From assembly GCA_964396685.1 (NCBI GenBank), contig CAYNFS010000001.1, positions 16,638 through 80,637 on the forward strand: a DNA stretch of 64,000 bases, written 5' to 3'. The notes beneath the pieces are model-generated. The model ran no database searches, had not been told where the DNA came from, and saw only the letters and a program-made list of their open reading frames with translations. This DNA is from an uncultured Candidatus Saccharibacteria bacterium. GTDB lineage: Bacteria; Patescibacteriota; Doudnabacteria; UBA920; 2-01-FULL-46-14. The translations under genes and the position numbers were made by a program. Below are positions 8,567 through 17,885 of this stretch, one piece after another (the stretch's first letter is position 1; the number at the start of each line of letters is the position of its first letter).

Positions 8567-9946
8567 ATGCTGCTCAACAAGCTCAAAAAAATCCTGCTTT
8601 TGGCGGGCGACATCCTCGTCCTTTACGGCTCGCTTTATCTCACTCTTTTGATTCGCTACCAGCAAATCCCGACTAGCCGTGTTTGGAATTTGCTTTTTTG
8701 GCCCTTCTCCATACTTTTTGGTTTCTGGCTCATAATTTTTTACATCAACGGGCTGTATGATATTTCCGCGAGCAAAAACGATGTGGCTTTTTACAATAAA
8801 CTTCTGCGCAACACGCTCATCAATTATGCTCTGGCAGCCGCCTATTTTTATCTTCTCACTGACAAATTTTTTAATATCAAACCGCAGACCGTATTTTTTA
8901 TTTTCATGGCCACAAACCTCGCTATCCTTTCCCTCTGGCGGTTTTGGTACAACAGCTTGGTGCAAAACCCAAATCTCCTGCGCAATATCTTGGTAATTGG
9001 GATGAAAGACGAAGCAAGAGAGCTGGTCGAGGAAATCCAGCGCAAACCCCAGCTTGGGTACAAAATTGCGGCCATCATCCACAACAGTTATAGAGGCCAA
9101 AACGATTTTCCCGGAGTTAAGATGTTTGATTCCAAAGCCGATATCAAACAAATCCTGCGTGAGCACGATATCACCACCGTGCTTACCGCTTTAGATCCCA
9201 GAAGCAACCCGACGCTTGTTAAACACCTTTACGAGAGCCTAGCGCTGAAATTGCAATTTTTTGACCTGCCGACTTTTTACGAAAAATTAACCGGCAAAAT
9301 TCCGGTAACCACCATCGGGCACATCTGGTTTCTGGAAAACTTGGCCGAGAGCGAAAAAGCGATCTATGAACTGGGCAAACGGATTTTTGACATGGTTTTT
9401 TCTACCGTCATCCTCGTCTTATCTCTGCCTTTTATCCCTCTCATCGCTTTGCTGATCAAATTAGACACTAAAGGGCCGGTATTCTTCCGGCAAATCCGCG
9501 TGGGGCTTTTGGGCAAGCCTTTTGAGGCCGTAAAGTTTCGCAGTATGATAGAGGGCGCTGAAAAAAACGGAGAGGCGCAGTGGGCCTCAAAAAACGATCC
9601 TCGCGTCACCAAAATCGGCCGATTTTTGCGCAAGACCAGAATTGACGAAATCCCCCAGCTTTTGAATGTTTTCCGCGGCGAAATGTCGCTAATTGGCCCG
9701 AGACCCGAGCGCCCCGAATTTGTCGCAAAGCTTCTGGAGCTAATTCCTTTTTACAATGAGCGGCATTTGGTCAAACCGGGGCTTACCGGCTGGGCGCAAA
9801 TCAGCTTCCAGTATGGCTCATCCACGGGAGATGCTTTGAAAAAACTCCAATACGATCTTTTTTACATCAAAAACCGCTCGCTTCCCCTGGACATCGGGAT
9901 TGTTCTCAAAACTATTAACATCATCCTTTCAGGAAAAGGGCAGTAA
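8567..9946 (+). CDS. polyprenyl-phosphate sugar phosphotransferase (WbaP/bacterial sugar transferase family), initiating enzyme
   Basis: C-terminal bacterial sugar transferase domain (DEIPQL, GEMSLIGPRPERPEF, KPGLTGWAQI) and N-terminal TM helices. ORF track start 8390 overlaps the upstream gene; ATG 8567 (MLLNKLKK...) or 8486 is more plausible. Confidence 0.85.
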   Translation: MLLNKLKKILLLAGDILVLYGSLYLTLLIRYQQIPTSRVWNLLFWPFSILFGFWLIIFYINGLYDISASKNDVAFYNKLLRNTLINYALAAAYFYLLTDKFFNIKPQTVFFIFMATNLAILSLWRFWYNSLVQNPNLLRNILVIGMKDEARELVEEIQRKPQLGYKIAAIIHNSYRGQNDFPGVKMFDSKADIKQILREHDITTVLTALDPRSNPTLVKHLYESLALKLQFFDLPTFYEKLTGKIPVTTIGHIWFLENLAESEKAIYELGKRIFDMVFSTVILVLSLPFIPLIALLIKLDTKGPVFFRQIRVGLLGKPFEAVKFRSMIEGAEKNGEAQWASKNDPRVTKIGRFLRKTRIDEIPQLLNVFRGEMSLIGPRPERPEFVAKLLELIPFYNERHLVKPGLTGWAQISFQYGSSTGDALKKLQYDLFYIKNRSLPLDIGIVLKTINIILSGKGQ

Positions 9947-10016
9947 TCTTGATTTAAAACGCACGGGACGCTGCTCCCCGTCCGCCAGAGACACTTCATG
10001 GTTCCCGGCGGCTTTT

Positions 10017-10949
10017 TTATGAAAAGGCACTAATCTTATATTTATCCATTACCTGACGCACTAGCTCCAAAGTCAATTCATCGACAATCTGGGCGAGCTT
10101 GTCCGTGAGATTATTCTTCCAATCTCCAACGATGCCCTTGCGGTAATGACTGCCGATTGACTGCTCACCCGGGCGCCGGGGTCTGCCGCCCGAATCAACC
10201 TCTGTCAAACGCTCGAACGAGGCTTCGTTAATCATGTTTTGAATAATCTCGTCACTGTATTTGACTCCCAAATAATCCAGCAGACTCTTTACCGCCTTTC
10301 TGGGATGCTGGTGCAATGCTTCATAAGTCAGACAGTGTATCCCTCCCTCATAAGCCAATAACGATCGAAATTCGGGCTGAATTGTGCCGCGACAATACTC
10401 CTCCACAAACCCGTCTCTAATCGGCTCCTCGGGCGATTTGCGTCCCTTTCGGATGAGATTGAAATGCCAGGAAACCACGACGTCTTTCGGATCGCGGAAA
10501 ATGCAAATCTTTTTTATGTTCGGATAAAAACTATCAATGAAGTCAAGGTGAAAAACATACAGAGGCGTGTCTTCCCCGACCAGCAGTTTGTTTCCCCTCA
10601 TCTTTTCGCACAACTCTTCGTACCTTGCCAAAAAATTTCTATAAACTTCTTCTCGAGGCAGCCGGTCTTTGAGGGGAACCAAGTCAGCAAAGATGCCGTG
10701 CACTTGCGTCAGAAAATTTTCCATCGGCCTGGTAAAAGATTTATCAACGTCGGGTTCAAGACTGGCAAGCGTGTTAAATAAGTGGACCTCGCCGATTCGT
10801 TTCATATCGGACTCTGGATTTTCCGAACGAAAAGGAAGCGCAGGAAAACAGGCAATCTCGGGATGAGAGTTCAAAAGGGCTGAAACCCAGTGGGTTCCGC
10901 TGCGCTGCATGCCGACAATGAGGAAATCTGGTTTGTGCTTTCGCTTCAT
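10017..10949 (-). CDS. sulfotransferase family protein (PAPS-dependent)
   Basis: 5'-PSB-like loop at the N-terminus (FLIVGMQRSGTHWV) and overall Sulfotransfer_1/3-like layout. PAPS synthesis and PAP recycling genes are in the same cluster. Confidence 0.7.
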   Translation of the reverse strand: MKRKHKPDFLIVGMQRSGTHWVSALLNSHPEIACFPALPFRSENPESDMKRIGEVHLFNTLASLEPDVDKSFTRPMENFLTQVHGIFADLVPLKDRLPREEVYRNFLARYEELCEKMRGNKLLVGEDTPLYVFHLDFIDSFYPNIKKICIFRDPKDVVVSWHFNLIRKGRKSPEEPIRDGFVEEYCRGTIQPEFRSLLAYEGGIHCLTYEALHQHPRKAVKSLLDYLGVKYSDEIIQNMINEASFERLTEVDSGGRPRRPGEQSIGSHYRKGIVGDWKNNLTDKLAQIVDELTLELVRQVMDKYKISAFS

Positions 10950-10954
10950 AAAAT

Positions 10955-12019
10955 TTACTCAATCGTGATTACTCGCCCCTTTTCGCGTGATAAATGGGCA
11001 GCCTGAATAACCTTCATAGTATCGAGTCCCCGCTGAAACGATATAGGGCTGTCTTCTGCCTTGATTTTCCCTTCCAAAATCTCCCGGATATGCAAAATCT
11101 CTTCGTAGAAATCATCCGGTCTTGTCTTCTCAATTCTGACTTCGCTCGTAGGCTGTCCCACTCGCCCGAAACGCAACAAATCCCCTTTGTCCCAGCCGTT
11201 TATTAAAATCTCCGCAAAACCCTCTTCACACTGTATTCGCAGCCATTTTTTGTCTGGCTTTGCAATCACGTCCTGGGCGACGCGACCGACAAATCCATCC
11301 TCCGTCGTCAAATTCAAAAAACAAGATTGGTCGTAATCAACCTTGTCGTTTCTCACCATCTGCATCGCCGCAGAGACTTGCCTGACCTTCCCGAATCCCA
11401 AAAAGTGAGCAAAATGCTGCCAAAGATTGGCGGCGTGCGAGTGTTCACCGGAAGCGCCGCCACCTTTCTTCCAAAATCCCAAATAAGTATCATGCGGTCC
11501 GGCAAGCCAAGGGTGAACCGCAAAAATCCCCTGCCAATTCTGGCGAAACTCCACATCCAACGCCTGCGGTCTGCCAAACGGCCTATCCGACAGAACCTCC
11601 TCGGCTTTTTTGACCACCCTGCTCACCGCATGATCATATCCCACAACCACAGCGGTTCGACTCTTTTTAAGTTTTTTTTGAAACTCCGCTACGCCTTCAA
11701 GCGAAGGCGGGCACAAGGGTTTTTCCAGCAACAAAACTTTGGGGTCTTCGTCGAGAACGAAATCTGCCAAGGACATACGAACGTGCGGCGGAGTTCCCAG
11801 CATAATCACTTCAAAACCCCCTTTTGGCTCTTCGCCGAATTTATAAAGCTCGATACTTTCGTCCCAACTACCGTAGCGATTGGGATAAATTTCCTCTCGC
11901 ATCCGCCGCAATGCGCTCTTGTCGGGGTCCACCACCGTAACACCCCACCCCTCCCGTCTCGCCGCTTGCGCCAAATGATTGCCGATCGACCCAGCGCCGT
12001 AGATTTTTGCCTTAATCAT
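10955..12019 (-). CDS. Gfo/Idh/MocA family NAD(P)-dependent oxidoreductase
   Basis: N-terminal Rossmann motif IYGAGSIGNHLA and GFOR-type fold length. Confidence 0.8.
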   Translation of the reverse strand: MIKAKIYGAGSIGNHLAQAARREGWGVTVVDPDKSALRRMREEIYPNRYGSWDESIELYKFGEEPKGGFEVIMLGTPPHVRMSLADFVLDEDPKVLLLEKPLCPPSLEGVAEFQKKLKKSRTAVVVGYDHAVSRVVKKAEEVLSDRPFGRPQALDVEFRQNWQGIFAVHPWLAGPHDTYLGFWKKGGGASGEHSHAANLWQHFAHFLGFGKVRQVSAAMQMVRNDKVDYDQSCFLNLTTEDGFVGRVAQDVIAKPDKKWLRIQCEEGFAEILINGWDKGDLLRFGRVGQPTSEVRIEKTRPDDFYEEILHIREILEGKIKAEDSPISFQRGLDTMKVIQAAHLSREKGRVITIE

Positions 12020-12660
12020 AGACTTTTTATTTTCGCCAAAGTTAATTGCTTGAATCCGTCAATAACCAAGTCTGCTTTGCCCAGGCGGTCCCGGCCGGTG
12101 GTAAAAGTTACAGCGATGCATTTCATCCCTGCCCTTTTAGCCGCTTTGACACCGACCTCGCTGTCTTCCACCACAACACATTCTTCCGGACTTATTTTTA
12201 ACTGCGAGGCGCTTTTCAAATATATGCCGGGGTCAGGCTTCTTTTTTTCAATATCTTCCTGCGTCAAGACTAAATCAAAGTATTTCTCCAAATCAAAACG
12301 CTTGAGAATTATTGCAGTCGAGCGGCGGTCGGAACTGGTAGCCAAACCCAGACGCTCACCCTCCCCGTGGAGCTTTTCAAGCAATTCGGCGGCATCAGAA
12401 AATATCCCGAAAGGCACTTCGTCCAAGATCCGGTAATAAGCCTCTCTTTTTTCGCGGATAATCTCTGCCACGTCGCCGTTAAATCCGTATTTTTTCAGAA
12501 AAAATTCAACAGCCGGGATTTCGTGCTTTCCCAAACGCTCTGGATCGTCTTGCAAAATGACATCGAAACGGTTTTTGAATACCTCCTGATAGGCCTGAAA
12601 CTTCAGCGGTTCGGTATCTACCAATACGCCATCCATATCAAAAATTACTGCCCGAATCAT
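12016..12660 (-). CDS. HAD-IA family hydrolase / sugar-phosphate phosphatase (candidate nonulosonate-9-phosphate phosphatase)
   Basis: Motif I VIFDMDGVLVDTE, motif II and motif IV (VVVEDSEVG). Overlaps the stop of the NeuB-like gene. Confidence 0.8.
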   Translation of the reverse strand: MIRAVIFDMDGVLVDTEPLKFQAYQEVFKNRFDVILQDDPERLGKHEIPAVEFFLKKYGFNGDVAEIIREKREAYYRILDEVPFGIFSDAAELLEKLHGEGERLGLATSSDRRSTAIILKRFDLEKYFDLVLTQEDIEKKKPDPGIYLKSASQLKISPEECVVVEDSEVGVKAAKRAGMKCIAVTFTTGRDRLGKADLVIDGFKQLTLAKIKSL

Positions 12661-14234
12661 AATAGTTCGATGGTTAGTTTTTGTTTTTCATCCAAGTCAT
12701 CAAACTGATGCCGGCCCCAGTTGATAAGCGACGTCTTTCGTTCTGCCAGTGGTTCTTTGTTAATATCCTTATCTGCATAAAACGAATCATTGTGCCAATG
12801 GGTTGTGGAGATTTCTTCGAAAATCGCTCCCTCGGGCGCGAAAAAACCGTGCCACACGCCACGGGGAATAAGCAGAGTATCGCCTGGATAAACCATGCGC
12901 GTGCGCCCTTCGATCTCCGCGTGCAAAACGCCGCTTAACACCTGAAACGTCTCTTCTTTTTTCTTATGATAATGAATGGGGTGAGCCTGCCCGGGAAGCA
13001 TGACGATGATTTTCTTGCAGTACTCACGATTAATGCATTCGATCAAAAACGCCCCGACTTCAAAAAATTTCTCCAGACCGTAATGATGCGACAATTCCAC
13101 GTTAGAGTCGTAATTTACGAAGATACGAGCGCTGTTGAGCATGCCCTTAACCTCGCGAATTGCCCGATAGACAGTATCCTTTTTGGAAAAATTGCGGGAC
13201 TGCAAACCTGCGGAGAGCGGCTCTAGCGCGGCGTAGTCGCGATCGACCACCAAATCTTCTTGCCATTCCCCGCTTTTCAGTTGGCCGGGCTGCAAAGGTA
13301 GGGCGAAGAAAACGTCGGGACGCAAAATGGCGGCCCCTTGTCTTAAAAACCGGCTCGCGTAAACCCCCCGCTGGAACTGACGCAAACTCTTCTCCTCTTC
13401 CACGGAATCGGAAAATGTTGACGTCTCTGGCCGGCCAGCCATGCTTACGGCCTGCTGATAGGCGACGAGCCAGTTTCTTATTTGTTCGGGGCGCGAGGAA
13501 TAGGCGTTGAGTTTTACGCTCTCCAACTCTACTCCAATGTGTCTTTCAAAAATTCTGGCTCCTTTGGAGAAAGCAATCTTTATCGCGTCCACATTGTTTG
13601 GATCCTCATGGGTTGAAAATCCTACGGTTAACTGCGGATAACGGTTTTTCAAAACGGCAATGCGCTCCAAATTCAATTTGTCGCTTGGTGTGGGATAAAT
13701 CGAAACGCAGTGCTCTAAAGCGAACTCCGTGCCCCGGTGTTCAAAAAAACTGACAATTTTATCAACCTCGTTGATTGACAGCCCCGCCGTGGAGCAAATA
13801 ACCGGTTTCCCAGTCTCCGCTATTTTCTCCAAAAGCGGCCAATCAGTTGCGCCACTGCTTGCCACCTTAATCACTTCTATTCCAAGTTTTTCCAAAAGTT
13901 CCACCGACTGTTCGTCGGAAGGTGTTGCCATAGTGACCAGCCCCGCCTCCTTGATGTCTCTGACCAAAATCGCGTAGTGCTCGGGACGAAGTCTGTTGGC
14001 CAAAAAATATGAAATATATTGATATTCGGAATTTCGCCTGTGGTACGGATGAATCAAGGCCTCAAGATCTCGGAACTGAAACTTAATCGCTGCTCTGACC
14101 CCGGCTTCCTTCGCCACCCATGCAAACTCGCGCACAATCAAACGCCCCAATTCCAAACTCCCCTTGTGGTTGTTGGCCATGTCAAAAATAAACAGGCCGT
14201 CAAACTCAAATGATTTTTTCTTTAGAGGAAACAT
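12657..14234 (-). CDS. NeuB-family nonulosonic acid (sialic-acid-like) synthase with SAF domain and extra C-terminal cupin domain
   Basis: NeuB TIM-barrel signature (FDMANNHKGSLELG...AIKFQ), an SAF-like segment, and a C-terminal cupin (PIHYHKKKEETFQVLSG...GDTLLIPRGVWHGF). At 525 aa it is much longer than canonical NeuB. Confidence 0.75.
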   Translation of the reverse strand: MFPLKKKSFEFDGLFIFDMANNHKGSLELGRLIVREFAWVAKEAGVRAAIKFQFRDLEALIHPYHRRNSEYQYISYFLANRLRPEHYAILVRDIKEAGLVTMATPSDEQSVELLEKLGIEVIKVASSGATDWPLLEKIAETGKPVICSTAGLSINEVDKIVSFFEHRGTEFALEHCVSIYPTPSDKLNLERIAVLKNRYPQLTVGFSTHEDPNNVDAIKIAFSKGARIFERHIGVELESVKLNAYSSRPEQIRNWLVAYQQAVSMAGRPETSTFSDSVEEEKSLRQFQRGVYASRFLRQGAAILRPDVFFALPLQPGQLKSGEWQEDLVVDRDYAALEPLSAGLQSRNFSKKDTVYRAIREVKGMLNSARIFVNYDSNVELSHHYGLEKFFEVGAFLIECINREYCKKIIVMLPGQAHPIHYHKKKEETFQVLSGVLHAEIEGRTRMVYPGDTLLIPRGVWHGFFAPEGAIFEEISTTHWHNDSFYADKDINKEPLAERKTSLINWGRHQFDDLDEKQKLTIELL

Positions 14235-14275
14235 AGCTCATCTTATTAAATCAACTTCTCATTCTAACAATATGT

Positions 14276-15025
14276 TCAACGCAAGTCAAGCCTGCGCTTA
14301 AGCAATATTTCAGCCAACAGAAAATCGATCTCGTTGTCAAGATTTACTGAATCCTCTGACTTCATATAAAAATAGGCTATTTTCTCCCCTGAGGTTGATT
14401 TCAGTTTGCGGATAGTCCTAAGCCACATCACATCCATTGCTCCCGTGTGAATATAAACTTCGGGGAGCGCTTGTCTCGACGAGTTGTAAGGTTCCTTCAT
14501 CTTCGTAAAATCCCGAGGCAAAAACGGCTGGAGCCATTGGCCGTCCTTCGATATCTTCCACATTTTGTAAGGATGCTTCGGCGACTCAATAATCGGGCGA
14601 ACAGAATGAGCACCCGGAGTGTCAATGAGTTTCTGAATTCCTTCATCAATATGCGCTGCCGTGCGCAGGGGCGAAGTCGGCGGCAGGCGCAAAACGATGT
14701 CCGGTTCGTAATTCTCCTTTGCTTTGAGCCAATCCAAAGCATGCCGTAAAAACTCCTCTCCCAAAGAAAGATCCCCGGAAATATCTGCCGGACGCAGAAA
14801 AGGAACCTCGGCTCCGTAACGCCTCGCTACGTCGGCAATTTCCTCGCTGTCCGTGGAAACAATCGTGCGCGTTAAGAGTTTCGATTTTTTTGCCTCCTCA
14901 ATGGTCCATGCAATAAGCGGTTTCCCCAAAAGCGGTTTGATGTTCTTTTTGGGTATAGATTTTGACCCTTCTCTGGCACCAATGACCGCCAGGGCTTCAT
15001 ACGACTTGTTGGCTGACTTTGGCAT
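14276..15025 (-). CDS. acylneuraminate (CMP-nonulosonate) cytidylyltransferase family protein
   Basis: CTP_transf_3 N-terminal motif (LAVIGAREGSKSIPKKNIKPLLGKPLIAW). Confidence 0.8.
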   Translation of the reverse strand: MPKSANKSYEALAVIGAREGSKSIPKKNIKPLLGKPLIAWTIEEAKKSKLLTRTIVSTDSEEIADVARRYGAEVPFLRPADISGDLSLGEEFLRHALDWLKAKENYEPDIVLRLPPTSPLRTAAHIDEGIQKLIDTPGAHSVRPIIESPKHPYKMWKISKDGQWLQPFLPRDFTKMKEPYNSSRQALPEVYIHTGAMDVMWLRTIRKLKSTSGEKIAYFYMKSEDSVNLDNEIDFLLAEILLKRRLDLR

Positions 15026-15034
15026 ATCGGCTCC

Positions 15035-15793
15035 TTATTCGTGCATTAACAACTTAATTCTGCGAAAACGATAAGCGAAAAAATTTCTCACAGTTTGCCA
15101 TTCAACTACTTCCCAGAACAAATAATTCAGCAATCTTAATAGACGGGAAGCACTCGGATGACATTGTATCAAAACTCCCCCGTTTAAAACCTCCCCTTGA
15201 TACTGCGTATCGGCATGGCGCTCAAGTGAATAGCCGTACTTTCCGGCCAGGGCCTTGCGAGCCCAATTTCGCTGGATGTGCCGGTGTCCTTCGATATAAA
15301 CAAACCTGACGCTTTTTAAATAACAAAGGTAATGCCAAACGGCATCATTGAACCCGTGACTTGGATCGTCCTCTCCCTTTCTGGCTTGTCCGCCGTCGAC
15401 TACCACCAAATCATACTCTCGCAACGGGGGAAGCATTCGGTAATCTTTGAGAATTTGAAACCGGCCACTAAACTCTTTGAGGTTTTCCGCGAGCTTTTCC
15501 GCAAAATACTGGTCATGCTCATATACGTCCAGTTTGGCTTGCGAATGTTTGAGCACCAAGTAGCTGATGGTCCCCAAACCTCCGCCGAGTTCCAAGACAC
15601 GCTCTGGGTGCTGCTTGCGGCAAAGCTCTAATAAAACGTGCAAAGTTGCGGGTTTGGCGATATGTTCGGAACGCGGAAACTGTCTAAACCGCTCGTATAC
15701 CGCGATGGCTTCTGGGTCAAAGTCAATCAACTTAATTTTTCGAATTGGCATGGGCAAACTCCCTAATGGTATTGATAATTTCCGCCTCCGCAC
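15035..15793 (-). CDS. class I SAM-dependent methyltransferase
   Basis: Motif I VLELGGGLGTISY. Start probably at an internal Met. Confidence 0.55.
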   Translation of the reverse strand: MRRRKLSIPLGSLPMPIRKIKLIDFDPEAIAVYERFRQFPRSEHIAKPATLHVLLELCRKQHPERVLELGGGLGTISYLVLKHSQAKLDVYEHDQYFAEKLAENLKEFSGRFQILKDYRMLPPLREYDLVVVDGGQARKGEDDPSHGFNDAVWHYLCYLKSVRFVYIEGHRHIQRNWARKALAGKYGYSLERHADTQYQGEVLNGGVLIQCHPSASRLLRLLNYLFWEVVEWQTVRNFFAYRFRRIKLLMHE

Positions 15794-17096
15794 GAATACT
15801 GGCTTGACCGTCAGGCGTATGAATCAAATATGTCAGAAACTCATCGCGGCGTTGTTTATCAGTTTGAATAAAATGCCGCTCTGGATTATCCAAAAGTTTT
15901 TCCAGCTCCCGTTCGGTCTTGGCATAAGAAACCAGCTCTGGATAGTGGGTAAAATAATCCCAAGGTTTTGCCGGAATCAAATCGCCGAAATAAGGAGAAA
16001 TTACCAATCGATTGGCCAGGAGTCCTTCGATTAAAGTTGTGGAAAGGTAACCCAAAACCGCAAAAGACGATTCAATGCACTCCCGAGGACTCGGGGCGCT
16101 GGTGATGGTGAGGTTTGGGATCGAGCGGCTAAAATTTTCGCGCTTAATCTTCTGAACATAGTCGAGATAAAAGCCTGCGGCTTTGGTTTTTATCACCACG
16201 CTGATCTCGGGATGTTTGAGGGCATAGTTCATTACCCAGAGATGGAAGTCTTCCGCTCGTCTCTCCCCCAGCTTAATCGTTTCCGGATCGGAAACAAAAC
16301 GCGGCAGACGATGCTTGACATAAAAAGAGAAAAGCACAATTTGCTTCGTTGGAGTCGACCCGCGGGTCTGAAAATAATAATCCAACCGCGGCACGCCGAC
16401 TATTTTTATCTGCTCTTTTGCCAAACCTTTGACTTTGCCGAGCAACGCTCCCAGAATCTTTTCGTTATAGGCCAAAAATTTGTGGCCGACGAACCGCCGA
16501 TTGACATACATGTCCTCCGCCCCTTCAAAAATACCCGCCGACAAGCCTTCTTTATGCAAAACCAGAAAAGGAATATTATCCTCCACACAAACTTTGGCCA
16601 GCTCCTGCTGAACAAGATAACCAAAATTTCCGGAAATGACTGCGTCGATTTTTAAATATCTGCGCAGATACGGAAACATCTTTTTAAGATACAGATAATA
16701 ACGCCGTTTCCCCTCTCGGCCGTGATCGGTGATATGGTAATTTGCTTCGGTCCATCCGGCTCTTTCATCATGATGCGTAAAGTGTTTATAAATAATCGCC
16801 CAGTAACTTTTGTGAACAGAAACATAATTAAGCTTGCCGCTAAACTCGGCCATGGCGCTGATGTCATCGTAAAAAATGCTTCGTCCTAAAACCAAAGCCG
16901 TGTAGTGACTGCCCCGGTCGATTTTTCCGGAAATCAAAGCCAGTACGGCAGCGGTCAGGCGGGGACTGTGAACATAAACACTGCCCTTGATCAGCAGCGG
17001 AAAAAACACCGCTCTCAATTTTACGATAATTTTTCTGCCAAGATCATTTGTCATATTCGATTCCAAAATCGGGCAATCCGAAACAGCGCTGCCCAA
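15732..17096 (-). CDS. large GT-B-like hypothetical protein, paralog 1 (possibly Capsule_synth/KpsS-KpsC-like or TagF-like transferase)
   Basis: Shares architecture and length (about 450-500 aa) with ORFs 25487..26998 and 36774..38201. No classical GT2/GT4 motifs. Confidence 0.4.
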   Translation of the reverse strand: MGSAVSDCPILESNMTNDLGRKIIVKLRAVFFPLLIKGSVYVHSPRLTAAVLALISGKIDRGSHYTALVLGRSIFYDDISAMAEFSGKLNYVSVHKSYWAIIYKHFTHHDERAGWTEANYHITDHGREGKRRYYLYLKKMFPYLRRYLKIDAVISGNFGYLVQQELAKVCVEDNIPFLVLHKEGLSAGIFEGAEDMYVNRRFVGHKFLAYNEKILGALLGKVKGLAKEQIKIVGVPRLDYYFQTRGSTPTKQIVLFSFYVKHRLPRFVSDPETIKLGERRAEDFHLWVMNYALKHPEISVVIKTKAAGFYLDYVQKIKRENFSRSIPNLTITSAPSPRECIESSFAVLGYLSTTLIEGLLANRLVISPYFGDLIPAKPWDYFTHYPELVSYAKTERELEKLLDNPERHFIQTDKQRRDEFLTYLIHTPDGQASIRAEAEIINTIREFAHANSKN

Positions 17097-17857
17097 TAAT
17101 ATCTCGAAAGTCTTTGAAAACGGTTGCCGGCCTCAAGGCTGTATTTCGCGATTTTCCACCGGTTGAAAAAATACTGTTCATGGTTCATTAAGAAACGGTA
17201 CTTGTGGGTAAACTGAAAGACTCCTTCCGCCAATGTCGCTTGATTGGTCAGCCTTTTGCCTTCCTGCGTCCCGTCAATTACCATATTGGCGGGAAGGACC
17301 GCGACTTCCTTCCCGAGGCGCAAAACCTCCAACACCAAGGCTTTATCCTCGGACGGCGGCAGTTTGGGATCATAACCTCGAACATGAAAGAATAGATCTT
17401 TGGAAATAACGATATTCGGTCCGCCGGCTCCTGGATTTGACACCAAAAGCACCTCCATCTTCACCCGACCCGTTGGGATTTTCCAAGGCAAAAGTTTGCC
17501 GTCTTTTTCTATATACACTCCGCTTAAAACGCATTCGGCGCCCTTCTCCAATTCTCTTGAAACATTTTCGAGATATTTCTCATTCCACTGGTTGTCATCG
17601 TCCAAAAAGGCGAGGTACTCACCCTTCGCTACGTATGCTCCGAAATTCCTCGCTTGCGCCGCACCGGCATAAGGCATGATCTCAAGAACCTTAACCCTAC
17701 TGCCAATCTCTTCCAAAAGCTCAACTTTGCCCCGGCCGTTGTTAACCACAATAATTTCGTGCGGCTGATATGTTTGCTTTAAGACAGTGCTAATAGCTCT
17801 CAAAAGCAACTCAGGCCGGTCGCAGGTTGGAATAATACAGCTGATCATTAGATTCAT
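17051..17857 (-). CDS. glycosyltransferase family 2
   Basis: N-terminal GT-A motif (CIIPTCDRPELLLRAISTVLKQTY...) and DxD-type acidic residues. Confidence 0.8.
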   Translation of the reverse strand: MNLMISCIIPTCDRPELLLRAISTVLKQTYQPHEIIVVNNGRGKVELLEEIGSRVKVLEIMPYAGAAQARNFGAYVAKGEYLAFLDDDNQWNEKYLENVSRELEKGAECVLSGVYIEKDGKLLPWKIPTGRVKMEVLLVSNPGAGGPNIVISKDLFFHVRGYDPKLPPSEDKALVLEVLRLGKEVAVLPANMVIDGTQEGKRLTNQATLAEGVFQFTHKYRFLMNHEQYFFNRWKIAKYSLEAGNRFQRLSRYYWAALFRIARFWNRI

Positions 17858-17885
17858 ACCTACCCCATTGCTGTCCAGTTGGACT

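Noticed and set aside
9947-10016. Bidirectional terminator between convergent sugar-transferase and sulfotransferase genes
   Set aside because: Only a weak 5-bp stem (ggacg/cgtcc) plus a T6 run. Not convincing.
11327-12436. Plus-strand 369-aa ORF (and many other plus-strand ORFs such as 21418..21954, 25715..26314, 46123..46566)
   Set aside because: Shadow ORFs antisense to minus-strand genes with clear domain signatures. Their translations are Arg/Ser/Pro-rich junk.
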